A stretch of DNA of 64,000 bases from the human T2T-CHM13v2.0 reference genome, Homo sapiens (GCF_009914755.1 NC_060934.1), one strand, 5' to 3'. Positions 13,514-27,187 are shown, counted from the stretch's first letter. Program-made: numbers and translations. The notes: generated from the letters alone by a model not told the origin.

Positions 13514-14237
13514 GAAAGTAGAAGAGAAGGGCCATTTTAATTCAGGGAATATCCTACTCTTCAGAAGATTCACCTCACGTCATAGAATACATGGGGATTA
13601 TGAATTTAAAGATCATGGTAGCTCTTCTCTGATGATGTTAGTTTTGTTCATACTAGGCCATCTTTGTGATTGCTGGAAGCTTTCCAGAAAATGTAGTATT
13701 TAGGAATTTCAGTAGGTCTTATCTGTATTCTCATGAAAGAGCAGATTATGGTTATTTCTTTAAGCATGTATGTTACATACTTTTAAAAATAAACCGGGGG
13801 ATTTCCTGTTATGTAAAACATACATATTAAAAAAGGAGGGAACGTCGTGTCTCCAGTTAATGTTTTTCCACTCATACTTCTTGTAATTTTTTCCTAGTCA
13901 TTTATTCCTTTATTTATATGTGGATTAATTCCAAACAAACTGCCTACCATAAAACTATGCCCTTCTTTAGAAACAAATTAAGTCTATATTATACGAAAAA
14001 CAAAACATATAATCAAAAACATAATAAAATGTAATAAACAAAAAAGACATATGGAGTGAAATTTTGGAACTAGATTTGGAGATAGTTATATCAAAAAATC
14101 TGACACATATTTCACCACGACTCCTTTTCTAACTTTGTAAATGAAGAGGTGTAGTCCACATATCATTAATTTTTCTGAAAGACATTTCTCATCCTAATGT
14201 TTTTATGTACCTTTTTGCTTTTCCCCCACAGGTCAAA

Positions 14238-14335
14238 GATGTTGATTCATTCATAGTGTGAGGCCCAGAAATCGGCATTTTTAAACAAGTACACTGGACA
14301 TTTCTAAAGCTGGCTAAAGTTTGAGAGACACTATC
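14238..14335. mobile_element. MER5-type (hAT-Charlie) fragment
   Basis: gaggcccagaaatcggcatttttaaacaag...aaagtttgaga. Confidence 0.6.
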
Positions 14336-15289
14336 CAAGGGAAATTTCTCCGTAACTCTTTTTCTCAGAAGAAAAGTAAACTAAAAGTAAAAATAAGCAG
14401 TACCACTAAGTTTCAAGTGATCTTCTCCTAAAAGAAGAAAAGGCCTATATTCAGGCACAAGAAAAGTATATTCTCTTTTATCCATGCAGAAAACAGCTAG
14501 TGGTTGAAAATCAACACTTCAGACCTCTTGTCTACATAAAGCCAACTGCCCCTTTGTTTTACTGATGTCTTCAATGATTTTACTTAGATTTTTCTACGGC
14601 ATTTACTGAATTAGCTAAGCAGACACAGATCCAGTCCTTCATGAATATGGTTTGGAGACTCTCTACTGAATCAGCACTCTTAGCTTCACCGACATAGTCT
14701 CTTGGTAGACCAGAAGGTGTATCTTATCTGGAAAGACTGCTATATCTACACCCACAAAAAGCATTATTTATCTGAACACTAAATTCTGACTTCCTTGCCA
14801 TTTTAGGGAGCCACTTTAAAACATTTTCAATATTTGCTATTTTGTAGCAGCAAATCCTTCAGAAGGAGGTCAAGTGATGGCCTTTATCTGTTCCCAGTGT
14901 CTTGCCCTTAGGTCCTCAGGGCACCCCCTGGACAGCAGCCTTAGGAACCAGGTACAAAGCACAAGCACTGCTGGTCCGCATGGTAAGGAATCACTTCCAG
15001 ACTGGGCCTTCCCATGGGCTTCCCTGAGCTTCCTGGACTCAAATCATAGTCCTTCTTTTCCTCTCCCCTTTGGACTTGATAAACGCAGTCCCATTCATTT
15101 AATCTCCAACTTAGAAATCCGGAGAATGTGAGCCCTGGGATTTACTTTCAGACACCCTCGTCGATAACCTTGGCCACTTAGGTTGCTGCAGCCTGTCCCC
15201 AGGGAGACAGTTAGAATGGAACAATGACACAAACAACACCAACAATAACAACAGCAGCAGAAGCAGAAGCAACAATAGTAGAACGAGAA

Positions 15290-15565
15290 ATAATTTATAA
15301 CATGCTTACTACATGCCAGGCACTAAGTGCTTACCCATATTAACTCAGTTAATTCTTATAACAACCAGATGAGATAGATTTTCTTATTATCCCGATTTTA
15401 CAAATGAGCAAACAGAGGCACAAGCAGGTTAAGAAACCTCCCCAAGGTTAAACAGTGAGAAACAGCAAAGATTTGAACAGTGAGAAACAGCAAAGATTTG
15501 AAACAGCAAAGATTTGAACCTATTGTTCGGGAGTCCATGCTGTTACTCATTTCTTTATGCTGCCA
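15290..15565 (-). mobile_element. MIR with internal tandem duplication
   Basis: gcttactacatgccaggcact...attttacaaatgagcaaacagaggcaca..ggttaag..cccaagg; duplication at 15451-15516. Confidence 0.85.
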
Positions 15566-16321
15566 TAATCTAATATAAAATTGAATAACAATAAATGCAC
15601 CTTATATTTGTATAGCTATACACACTAATTTACATGATCTTCATAAGAACTATGAAATGGCTGTGATTATCCCCATTTTTAAAATGATACTATAAAGGCA
15701 TAAAATGCTGTATTTATGGTATGCAACCCTTTGGTGAACAACCCTATAAATATTTAATTACTTATATTGATGTTCTTCCTACGTCTAAGAAAAATGTTAT
15801 TTCCATTCCCAAGATGTTAGTAGAGACGAAGATTTTTCAATTTGTCTCCTTGATTTTGTTGGATTATAGCATTAAAGTTATTTTTACAAAGCCATCTACG
15901 GTAACCCAGTAGAAAGGGTAAGCCTGTTGGCTTAGGAAAACTGAATGGCATTCAGTTTCTTCAAAGAAATTTGGGACAGATGTGGGTTTTTTTTCTTCTT
16001 CTTCTTCAACAAATCCAGAAGATGAAAAATGTATTTTATTTCTTGTGAAATGCATTTTTCTGTTCATCTCAGTATGTGGGACTGTTGAAGTTTATAAGTT
16101 TGGCAGTGTTCTAACATGGCCATCCTGTTCTCCTTTAGCAACTTATTAAATGTATTTTTTTTAATGAAAACAGAACATAGTGGAAAACTTTTTTCATCTT
16201 TTGACATTTACTTGTTGGTTAGTGTTTTCTACCAACAAGATCTCAAACCAGTATGACAAAACATCCACAACTCATTTCCAAAGGCATTGCAGATGATGGT
16301 GCCCGGCTCTTCTGTACAATG

Positions 16322-16549
16322 TTTTATTATTTATTTATTTATTTTATTATACTTTAAGTTCTGGGATACATGTGCAGAATGTGCAGGTTTGTTACATAGG
16401 TATACATGTGCCATGGTGGTTTGCTGCACCCATCATCTACATTAGGTTTTTCTCCTAATGCTATCCCTCACCTACTCCCCACCCCCGACAAACCCTAGTG
16501 TGTGATGTTCCCCTCCCTGTGTCCATGTGTTTTCATTGTTCAACTCCCA
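16322..16549 (-). mobile_element. L1PA 3' end (L1PA7/8-like), truncated
   Basis: ttattatactttaagttctgggatacatgtgcagaatgtgcaggtttgttacatagg...gtgtgatgttcccctccctgtgtccatgtg. Confidence 0.92.
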
Positions 16550-18692
16550 TCTGAGAATCAGTGATGATTTTAGAGCTGTTAACTAATTCTTTTTAGATCA
16601 ATGTTGGTTTATTGGAAGGGAAAATTTTTCTCAAGGTTTCTTACACAACAATGCTACTAAATTGCAATGTGGATACTCCACGGGATTTTAAAAAAGTTTT
16701 AGTGTGGTCTTGCTTGGAGGCAGGTGGGCAGACAGAATGGCATTTTCCATTTCTTCCTGGATTTAGGACCCTAAGAGATTTTCCCAAGTCATTTTCTGGA
16801 ACTCACGAAGCTCCCTTGGCCTGCTGACTCCACCATCAATGAAACCATGAGATTCTTCCCTAGTGTTCCAATCTCCTTTGATTTTTCAGGCCTATTTCAG
16901 CTCTCATTTTCATATCCCAGCTTTGCCTTTACACTCGATATTTTAAAGAGCTTCAGAGTTGACCATAATTGTGTCCTAGTGCATGGAGAAGTTATTCCAT
17001 TCTCTCCAAATTGTTATCCTGGATGATTGGATTTAACAACCTCTAGGAGGATTTGTGGAGGTTTTAGTTTGATTTCCCTGTGATCATTGATGGTATTTTT
17101 ATTTTCATTTGCTAAGAAGCTTTCTGCAGTACAGGGAATAGCTAATCATGCCATTCCTATCTTTGGCTCATCTTAACTTCCTTCTTACTAAACATCCACC
17201 TTTAAATACTATGATCTAAGAATCATAATTATTCCTATACAATGTGCTAACCAAATCACAGCACAAGTGATAGATGTGATTTAATAGGTAGTGCATGCCA
17301 TCACATGAAATTCAGTGTTAGATATAACCATATCTAATGCTGTCTTGTTCCTGTCTTGTAGTTCACCTATTAAACCTACTAGGCTGACAGAGCACAATCT
17401 TGGGGGAAGCATGGAAAGAGAAGAGAAAGAATTCTCCGTAGACATGCATGAACATTCATAGGATAGGGAAAAAAAAAGGAGTTCTATAAGCACTTTTCTA
17501 TATTCCCTAAACTGTAATAGGCTGAATTTTTTGTGCCCCTTTATTTTCTGTTGGGTGCAGGAAAAAATAACTATTCTACAGATAGCTCACAGAAGAGTGG
17601 CCAACAACTACGGTTACATAGCCTGCTTTTACACAATTTTTTCCAGAACCCATAACTTGAATGAAAAGCTCTTTTTTTTTCTTTGCTCCACTTGTGATGA
17701 GAATAGTTTGTTTGACTCATACCAAACCAAATCAAGCATTTCTGTGGGCACAAAGAGGAATGTGGAGCAAAGAAAGATTTTCTTCCTAAAAAAGAGTGTG
17801 TGCATGGAAAACAAAATTGCTTCAGATTTCACAACATCCTTTACCATTAAACACTGAAGGCGGTTTCGGGTCAGTCCAATTTCCTTTGCAGATATTTGAC
17901 TTTAAAAATCACATATTCAACTTTTAAAAATGGATTTGTGTGAAATGATATATAAAAAAAATCTCATGGTATATAAGTCATGATGAGTTTCAGCTTATGT
18001 TTAACCTCTGCCTCTTCATCTTTAAGAGATGCAAATTGCCTCCAGGCAATAGTGGAAATGTCTCGTATATCTTGTCCTGCTTCCTCCAAATCAGCCCCCA
18101 AAGACGTTTACATTAGGAACTCAGAGTGATGCTGAAATAAATGAGTTTCTTCAAAAGGCTGACTGCCCCCTATCTAGGAAATTAAAAATCACTGGAGAGA
18201 TTTTTTTTTTAAAAAGGGCAATAACAGATAAGTACATAGTTCTTGCTTTCTCAGCCAGCCCTATTAATACTTTTTAGAATCTCAAATGACTGATACTGTT
18301 AACTATGTGGCTAATTTTAAGAGGGAGAGTAAAACTTTTTCTAAACGACTCAAGTATCATACTCTCTCAGTTGTTCCAAGATCTCAGATTTGTGACTGTA
18401 CTTATTCAAAGAATGTCATGCATTTGCTTTTCTCTTCAAGAATGTAACATTACAAATGTCTTTTAAATATGATTTGATGTGAAGCTACAATAATTCTTTG
18501 CATGCATTTGAGAACTACAGATTCTGGCAGTTGACTCAGAAGAGCTTCTCTGCTTCCTTAAAACAATGAAAACAATCTCACTTACCTTCTCCCAAGGCTG
18601 CTGTGAACACTAAAATTGCGAAAAATCAGAAAACTGAGGTATAGAGTGAGTTCTGGATGGTTCTCCGGGGCCCGTGGCCATGCTGTACCTGG

Positions 18693-18870
18693 CAACAACC
18701 TCTGGGAAGTGAGAACAACAGGTATCACCATGATTATTACAATTTTATAGACAAGGAAAGCAACTCAACATGGAGAAATGACTTGTCTAACATCACTGGG
18801 CAGAGTTAGTACCTGAAAGAACCAAGATGCAAGTGCAATGCCTTTGATTCTAACCTCCATGCCCTTTTAA
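18693..18870 (-). mobile_element. MIR fragment
   Basis: attttatagacaaggaaa..aaatgacttgtctaacatcac, the MIR core. Confidence 0.65.
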
Positions 18871-19344
18871 TAAGGTTCCATGAGATTCCTTTATAAACTG
18901 TAAAGTGCCCTATAAATAAGAGGTATTACATGATCAGACCCCTTTGACCTTACTCCTATCTGAGGCCAAACTAGGAAAAGTCAGAGAAATATTGGAATGT
19001 TCCCATTCCTGACTCGTCACTGGATTTTTCATAGGACAGTTCAGAGAGAACCAAAACAGAAATGGCAGTGAAATACCAGATATTTGGAGCAGAAAACTCA
19101 GCTCTGGGACAAAGGCTGGTCATCCGCTGAGAAAAGAGGTGATAATTTGGGAGCTGGAAGAGCAAGGTCACAAGAAGGAAAGATAGCTAAAGGAATGAGA
19201 GACACTGGGAGGAAAGGAAGGGTGGCCAAGCTGGTACATGGGCTGGTGCAGAAGAGTCTGACAGATGGCTTTCATCACTGAGTTCTTTTACATGATGGTT
19301 AGAATCCTTAAAGTGATGGCCTCCCAGGTGCTCTATCTGACCCC

Positions 19345-19805
19345 AGGTGTGCTGGGGGAGCCTGCACATATCCCTTCTATCTCACCGCTGGCCTTCATGC
19401 TCTTTGTCACCAACCCTGGCACCTCTCTACCTGAGGGTCTTCTCTGGTGGGCAGAATCCACTCTGTCTAAGCATGGGTGGGTAGGAAGTGCCTGAGAATT
19501 AAAAACCCTCTCTTTCACTGGATGATGATGTGAGTTGGTGCATAAATACCCCAGCTCCCTCACCCGTCAGGGCCGTAATGCTGAGCACATGCTCTCCATT
19601 GGCTTCCAGAGTTCCCTTTGGCATTAAGGTCCAGGTATTCACCATGGTCATGGTAGCCTGCTTGATAATGCTCCATGTTTTGGTTAAATTACCTCCCTGT
19701 CTGTTTTTTCTACTTCCCTTTTCCTGTTTCCTTCACCTCCCAAATAAACTACTTGCATTAGAGTCCTTGTTTCAAAGTCAATGTCTGGAGGAAGCTGAAC
19801 AAGAT
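19345..19805 (+). mobile_element. LTR16 (LTR16C-like, ERVL) solo LTR
   Basis: gagttggtgcataaataccccagctccctc and ttcacctcccaaataaactacttgca..tccttgt hallmarks. Confidence 0.85.
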
Positions 19806-20189
19806 GCACCTTGCAGAGAGAATCATGGTCATCTTGGGGAATAGCAACATCCTGCAGGGGCAGGACCAGGGACCAAGGGAACTAAAGAAAGGACCAGGAA
19901 GATGAAAAGTGTTCAGACCCATGAAGTCTCACCATAGCCAAGAAATTCATTGCAAGTTGTAGGTCAGAGCTGCTGATTGACAGCAGATTGGGCCCAGAAC
20001 ACACTGATGACAGAGGCAGTTGAAGATCCATTGTCCGTTGAAGAGTCAGGAGCCACAGGCCAGGCAAGATACGCGAGGATGAGAGGCTCAGAACCTACAA
20101 GCAAATGCCACTGGCCCCTGGGGCTGAGGCCAGGAGTATTGAGGTGGGAGAAATTCACTGCTTATTAGAGCCAAACATGATCTTGGTCA

Positions 20190-20335
20190 GGATTTAATCC
20201 ATCCTGTCCTGCAGATGAGGAACCGAGGTTAAGAGGGCAGATGTCCTACCAGAGGCCAATCGTACAACCATTTAGTTAAAGAACCAGGACTAGAATCTAC
20301 CACTGGTACTTATCCACCACTCCATGCTATACTGA
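20190..20335 (-). mobile_element. MIR fragment
   Basis: cagatgaggaaccgagg..gaaccaggactagaatc. Confidence 0.65.
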
Positions 20336-21302
20336 AAATGATCAAATCAGAATTTTGATCCTCAGACTTAACACTTACTTGGAAAAAAGTACCTAGTCCT
20401 CTAAAAATGGAAAAATTCAAATTAAGTCTTCATTTCCTCCTGCGTTTGACATCCACATAGAAGGGCAGACTACATGGTCTAAAGCCTACCTGTTTTAGAG
20501 AGTGTGTATAATAACTCTTCATCACCGAATGGGAATGCTGCTGTGAGTTTTAATTACTATTCATTAAGGGCACAGATGTGGTCTGTTAAATAAAATGCTC
20601 TAAGTGAATTTCATGATAGTTTTACCAGATTATAAAGAACTTTCAAACACTCAAGAGCCCAACTATTTTGGTCCATACTAATGCTATATTGTTATTATTT
20701 ATATTAAATATAATAGGCAATATTATAATAATAATGAATGCTATATTATACATCTGGTTTATCTTTAAATTCAAGTCAAAAAAATATTACTGTTGAAGAA
20801 AAAGAAGTATCTTCCTGATAAGATCTAAAGCTTGTTTGAAAGACGAAGGCTACAAAGAATTGCCTCCTTGGAGAACTCCAAGGTAAAGATGTAGTAGTCT
20901 CATCAGTTTTGTCTCCTTGTAAACTGCTACAAATGTTTAGGGAAACATTGTACCTCTGAGGCACTTTGCTCTGATAAGCTCGGAATTCCCCTCGTATACT
21001 CTTTAAGTATTTTACTAAGGCTAGCTCTAGAGAAACAAGGATGGTCTTAGTAGAGCTAGTTTAGAGTGAATAACTGTGGCTGAATATGTACACTGTATAC
21101 ACACACACAGCCTGATAGAATTATTTGGAGTATTTAACATACTCTTTAATAATATTATACTTTGTATCTTTAATATCTGTATATTATGTGTTAAATAATA
21201 GTGTGTTTCTCTGTCTAGCTGAATACCTAGACATAAATAAATAGGCTAAGCAACCCAAAACTAGATCCCCGGAAACGGAAGACTGACTAATTTCAAAACA
21301 TT

Positions 21303-21455
21303 AAATGTTGAAGATGGAAGGGACTTGTGAAGATCACTTAGTTCAACTCTTTATGACTAAGGAGACTCAGAGCAGAAGGAAAGGACTTGCAAAGGCCACC
21401 CAGTTCATCACTGTGAAGCCAAGGCTCCTGAATCTTAGTCCAGGTCACTTTCCCC
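21303..21455 (-). mobile_element. MIR3-like fragment
   Basis: gatggaagggacttgtgaagatcacttagttcaac..gacttgcaaaggccacccag. Confidence 0.65.
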
Positions 21456-22359
21456 AAGATCTGAAGGATGGCTCACTTGTCCTCAGGAACAACAGTGGGT
21501 TACTGGCTCTTTCATGGCCATAGCACCTCTCCTAGACTAAACACATCAAAATGTCACTTACATCAAAATCCTCTTGTCTTTTGAAAAGAGGTACAAGTTC
21601 CTCCATCCTTGTTTATACTACTCTGTGGAGATATTCAGGATCAAAATGAAACTTTGTCACATGGAAAGCTGAAACATTTGTAAAATTGTAGTAATGAAAT
21701 GCAAGTGAAAGCGTTTTGCAAATTGTCCTTTACCCTTGTCAAGAGTTCCATTGAGTGGGATCTGAATGCTGTCACATCTTTTCAACCAATGGAGAGATAG
21801 TCTGATTCCATGCCCAGAAAGCAGTTCACCCATTTAATCTCATTCTCAAAGGGTTTTCTAAGTGCAGGACAGGCAGATCAAATAGCACTGTGGACTGTTG
21901 GGGTTGTTCTGTAAAATAAAGTAGTAGATAAACATCTTTCTCTGTTCACAAGGAGTGTACTACAGTCAGGGTAACCTTCAACACATGGAGGAGGCAGCCC
22001 CCTGAATAGCATAAATTCAGAACTCTGGGAAGACCCCATTCTATCTCTCTATATCCACAAACCTCTTGGCTGCCATCTAAGAGGCCACCATTTATATTTC
22101 ATTTGTCCTAGTTTTATATCCCTATTAATGCACAAATATCTTTGGTAAGAATGACCCAAGATACTAACATTTTCTCCCTTAAACTAAATAAAGCTTTGGA
22201 GCATGAGTTTTGATGGGAAAGGAAAAAGAAAGCAAACACAGGAGGACTCTGAGTGGTACTAGCAGATAAGGAGAAGGGAATATCACTCAGGGAGGGGAAA
22301 TGGTCAGGGAGAGGCAGTGCTGTTGTGGACTCATGAAAGCTGTACTTTTGGTGATTTTA

Positions 22360-22570
22360 TAGCATGTCAGGAGCATGTTCTAAGTGTTCTCCAAGCTTAA
22401 TTCATGTAATCCTCCATCTTATGAAGTAGATGCTATTATAGTTATCCCTATTAGAGATTAGGACATAGAGGGAGAGATATTAAGTAACCTGCCCAAGTTT
22501 ACATAGCTGATAAATAGCAGATTTCAAATATATGCCTTCTGGCTCCAAATTCTGAGCCCTGAAGCACTGT
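22360..22570 (-). mobile_element. MIR
   Basis: ttaagtaacctgcccaagtttacatagct..ttcaaat..ctggctcca. Confidence 0.75.
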
Positions 22571-23999
22571 AGTGACCATTCATCTACATTACAGTTTTGT
22601 CACTGTAAAGGCCTGGCTGATTTATCTTGTTTTCCTCGCTACTGAAACAGCTCTAATAAGACTCTCCCCTGCCCCCTAGCTGTCTGATAAAATGAGTTTG
22701 CATTTAAAGCCCGAAAGCTGCTTGGTCTTGGCGACCCTTCCAGTACACTGTTTGCCCTGGGGTGCTCCTTTGGGACCCTTCCTAAGAGAAGCTCTGAGGT
22801 TTTGTTAGTCCCTTGGCAAATGGACTTCTCAACAAAGAGCCTAGGAGGGGTAAGATAGGCACGGTGTTGGGTAGAAATGGAGGGCTACCTATTTATAATA
22901 GATGCTGAGAAAGGCTGGGCCATCTCTGCTATATGTACTCAGTCTCAGAATCATAACAAGTTTCTTGTCTCTGTGGATGAAAAAGCACCACCCTGGTAGT
23001 GAAGGAATGAGGTACTGGCCTTTAGGTTAGAAACACATTAATAATCCAGACTCCAGAATGGGCAGTGCCACTGCTCTGGCATCCTTCTCCACAGACAAAC
23101 ATAAGACTCAGGTTTCTGGGCCATCCAAGGTAGCACTTTTCACAAATATCAAACATAAATAATTGAAGAGGCAATGTTTAGAAATGGAAAATGCAAAATC
23201 CCAGGTGAATTTGCTGCTTCTCTCTCTTTCTTTGTGCCTGTGCCTCTCCTGAATCTCCATGGGCACATGGCAAGCAGCGTGAGTCATTCTGACACCTCAT
23301 GTACATCCTTCTAGACATTTGTGGTTTTTGTCACTGTTTTGAAGATGATCAAATAATAGAATAATAAGTTTCAAAAGTCTTTCTTAAACTGCCTACTTTA
23401 ATGAAAAGATGAAAACCAAAATCTCCATGGATTTAGGAAGAAAAGTCATCACTCTATTTTGTACAGAATTTACTTATACCCCAGTTGAACCCCCACAAAA
23501 GTAGAGAACAATGTAGCACAATATATGAGATAATTGTCACATGAACAATTTATTTTGATAGTGGTGTCATGCATTAAACTTCCTGAATACGGCCCCACAC
23601 ACAAAACTCTTTTCACATTTGTGTGTCATACATAGAATTGAGAAACATTTCAATTTTGCTGATAACCTCAAGTTGGAAATTAGTGATAACCTTCCTTAGC
23701 CCCAGTCATAGCTGAGACATACGGTTGGTTAATCAAATTAGGAGGGTGAGCTCTGCCTTCACATTTGCCAGTTCATTAAGTTAGATCTGCCTGGTAACCA
23801 TGATAGCCAGGCTGTGTCATGATTACCTGATGTACCACTGAAACCCAACACATTATACATGTGTTTATACAATTAATTGGTTATTCAATGTTTAAAATAA
23901 AAATTCTGAAGAGGTATAAATTATGCCATACCTACTAACATACCCTGGGTAACAGAGGCTCTTCTGCATTAAATATGCCCAAGAAAATCATATTTCATC

Positions 24000-25250
24000 A
24001 ATGCAAATGGGGCAGAAAATGCATCATTTTAGTGAGGCCAAACCACTGTGTCAGATGAAATTTACCAAAATGTACAGTTTTTGGTCATCTTACAGCCAAT
24101 AGGATTGAGAAATAGGATCCACGCAATGCCTTAAATCCTGAAATGATAGGAGAAATATGGTTGCGTCATGAAATTTATCAGATACATCCCTTTGCCAAGT
24201 AAATAAAAAATAAAAAAAGGACTGCAACATTCAACATCATGGGAAGAGAGGGAAGACAAGATGGCAGGGATTTTTTTTTTTTTTTCCAAACTCCACAACG
24301 TCAAGGGAAAACAAACTGGACTGTCAAAGCAAATTCTGACAATGCGGAGTGCTGTCCCTGGCAGAGGCGGCAGCTCCATCGCTCTGTTTGTTTGGGCCCA
24401 GCCGTGGCTTTTATTAGACTTTGAAGAGCACCCTAACGGTGGGTCATGGGGCGGTCACTACTCATCTCTGCTGTTGTTCCACGTGGCCTCTCTCGGCCGC
24501 TACGGGAAGAAGGGAATGGTTTCTTTAAGGAACGAGGCTATTTATAAAATAACTATAAAATCTAATATCCATTATGCACAAATGATAGTGTCAGACAGCT
24601 CCGGCGGCTGTATATTTGCTGGACATCAGCCTTCTGTGAGTATAAATTGCCCCGTACTGAGGAGAAATACAATACAGTTCACCAGAGACTTGGCTGCAAG
24701 ATGTAGCCGCTTGTCTGTGGGCAAGTAATGACTTGCGTTTTCAGCTGCTTCTTGGTAAGAGCCTTAGTAATTGGAATCAGTTATTCAAAACATCGCTAAA
24801 TGTGATTTAAATGGCAAGGATTTAATAACAGAGAAAGAAGCCATTAAAGGGGTTCAAGCAGGGGAGAAGGGAATTCCGTTTTTTAGAGCAGAGGGAGAAA
24901 AATAAAGCAATTACTTGATGTAAAGGCCAGAAACAGGACTCCTGCTGTCAGGGAGAAATCAAATCTGTCAGCAATTAGTGGGATCTTAGGAGGTAAAGAA
25001 CTCTCCAGCGTTGAGCAGTGAATAAGGGGTTAGCAATTATATGAACTGATAAAAGTGTTCTGGTTTCCAAACAGCAGGTTAACAAGCCTTACTTTTTTCA
25101 TAACTTGATGCAGATGTGATGGTCACACTTGAGGATATTTTTCAGTGGTTCGCCAGGAAAGTTCCTTAATAAGTACATTGGGCAGCCTGTTTCCATCTCA
25201 AACTGTGTTCGTGCTACCTAACGCAAAAGGATGTGTGGGAGAGCATTTTG
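24000..25250. promoter_or_regulatory. Candidate conserved enhancer (repeat-free, CpG-enriched)
   Basis: About 18 CpG counted in 24299-24795. MEF2-type CTATTTATAA at 24538-24547, several TGTCA/TGACA, TAAT and CTTTGAA motifs. Function is inferred. Confidence 0.5.
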
Positions 25251-26470
25251 ATAGCAAGGCTCTTCTTTAATTAAAAAATGGAATAATAAATTCTCTGAAC
25301 ATGCAATTAAAAAAAATCAAATGAGAAATTCACGTCCCCATGTCCATTCTTCCCATGGGATTGGCAGTTCCTGGTATTTTCAGCATGGAAGGAACGTCAC
25401 CTGGTATAAAAGAGGCAAACTTTGTATCAAATAAATACATTAACTTTATTATGACATGCTCCTTGTTATTGTGTAGTCTTAGGAATAAAAAAACCTGTGA
25501 CATATATTTATATACATATGTGGCCTACAGATGACTCCTATAGGGGGTCTCTAAAAATTATTTGGTATTGATGGATATGGGGTGTGAAACTCAGTCTGAC
25601 ATGTGAAGTTATATCAGAAGGAAAAAATCAATAGTTCCGTCACAAAAACAGTTGCAGGCTTTCAATTCAAGGAGCTACTCTGTCTGCTGAGAGAACACTA
25701 AGATGTCAATAAAAGCTGAGTATTTGAAATAAGGTCATTTAAAAAGACTCCCCTAGAGTCAATCCTCTTTGACTTGCTATGAGTGACCTGTTTATGATTT
25801 CGCTGATGCGTATTCTGTTTTAAAGACAGAGGCAATTCTACCTCAGCAACAATACTGCAAAGAAATTGATCATTCAGCATATGCTACTGCTTTGTCAGTT
25901 AGCAGGAGACAATTAGGAATTTTTTTCTTCCTTTTTTTCCATTAAGAAATTCAGTCAATATATTGGAGCATTGAGGACTACCTGCTTTCACTTTAAGCAC
26001 TTGTATAAGCTAATCGTTAAAAAATATTAAAATTTCCTATCAGTGTATCTCAGGGGATTTTCCATTTTGAACAAAACTCCTCTGACCAGAAAAATCTTAC
26101 CCCTCCTACCCAGGGGATCTGCTGTGGGTCAGCAGGGCTCCCATTGCTGAAACAACTAAGCGCCCTTAAAGGCCAACGATCATGAAACATCTGTGAACCC
26201 CAAAGTGATTCGGAAATGTAGGATCATCAGATTGTGGTTCTAAGGGTGGCTTTTAACCCAGCTCTAAAGTCAACATAAGTTCCATTGCTTTTCTCTTTTG
26301 CAACATGACTTTCTGTTTTATATTATTATTACATAGTATATGTATAATATTTACATTAAAATGTTATTGCTCAGTTTTCTTAAATATTATATTCATTTCA
26401 TGAAAATTTACAAACAGCATCTAGCAGATCTTGTTAGCTAGGGATGAGCAAAAGACATGGTATGAAATTA

Positions 26471-26525
26471 TTAGGTTGGTGCAAAAGTAATGGCAAAAAC
26501 TGTAATTACTTTTGTACCAACCTAA
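26471..26525. mobile_element. MADE1 (Hsmar1-derived MITE), internally deleted
   Basis: TIRs ttaggttggtgcaaaagtaat / attacttttgtaccaacctaa flanked by TA dinucleotides. Confidence 0.93.
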
Positions 26526-27187
26526 TAGAAGCAAAGGAACATCAGCATGAGCGACTACAGTTCTGTTCAGAGAAAGATGTGCTCTTTCGTTGCTGTTACC
26601 AAATACCCCAAATGCACACACCATGTAGACTTGCAAAGATCCTATACTTTAAAATGAGATTCATTAAAACTACTTCCTGAGCACTAATATGTGCAAGACA
26701 CTGTGCTGAGTGCTGTGTATTCATTTGTGTTATGTTTCAATTACTAAGAAACTACACAGATTTTTTTAAATACTGAGTTGGTTTTTAATTAATATGTATA
26801 TGTGTGTATAGATTTTGAGGACTGCAGTTTCTGGACTTATTTAGTTAATTCCTGATTTTCTTACCATCTACCATTGTCCAACTACCAAAGTCACTTATCT
26901 CAAAAAGAAATTGAAAGCAACTGAGTTAAGGAAGTGATAAAGATGAGAAATGCCAGATCAAAGCATCTAGTATAGGGAGATGTTCCGGCAGAAGAGTTTG
27001 CTATTTCTGTAGAAGTGTATGGCTATGGTTTTTCTATGAAATAATTGCCCTAAAATTCTTACCCACCAACCAAATTCTCACTTTTGGGTCAGGTTGATAG
27101 GATGCTGGGCTCTGGTCTCATCACAATGAGGACAGACTCACATTATACTGGGTTTTAATAATAAACTGATGGATTTTCACATGATCT

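Noticed and set aside
15451-15516. Direct repeats considered as a CRISPR-like array
   Set aside because: No spacers and eukaryotic context; simple tandem duplication.
18586-18812. Minus-strand candidate exon (tctttcag acceptor, AAG/GTAAGT donor)
   Set aside because: Good motifs, but such pairs occur by chance in 64 kb; largely MIR-derived and lacks supporting evidence.
22666-22686. CTCF-like motif CAGCTAGGGGGCAG (minus strand)
   Set aside because: Mismatch at a near-invariant core C; motif alone is insufficient.
24261-24728. 155-aa ATG ORF in the CpG-richer block
   Set aside because: Runs through a poly-T tract and has no recognisable homology. Fewer stops are expected in GC-richer DNA. 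PhyloCSF would settle it.
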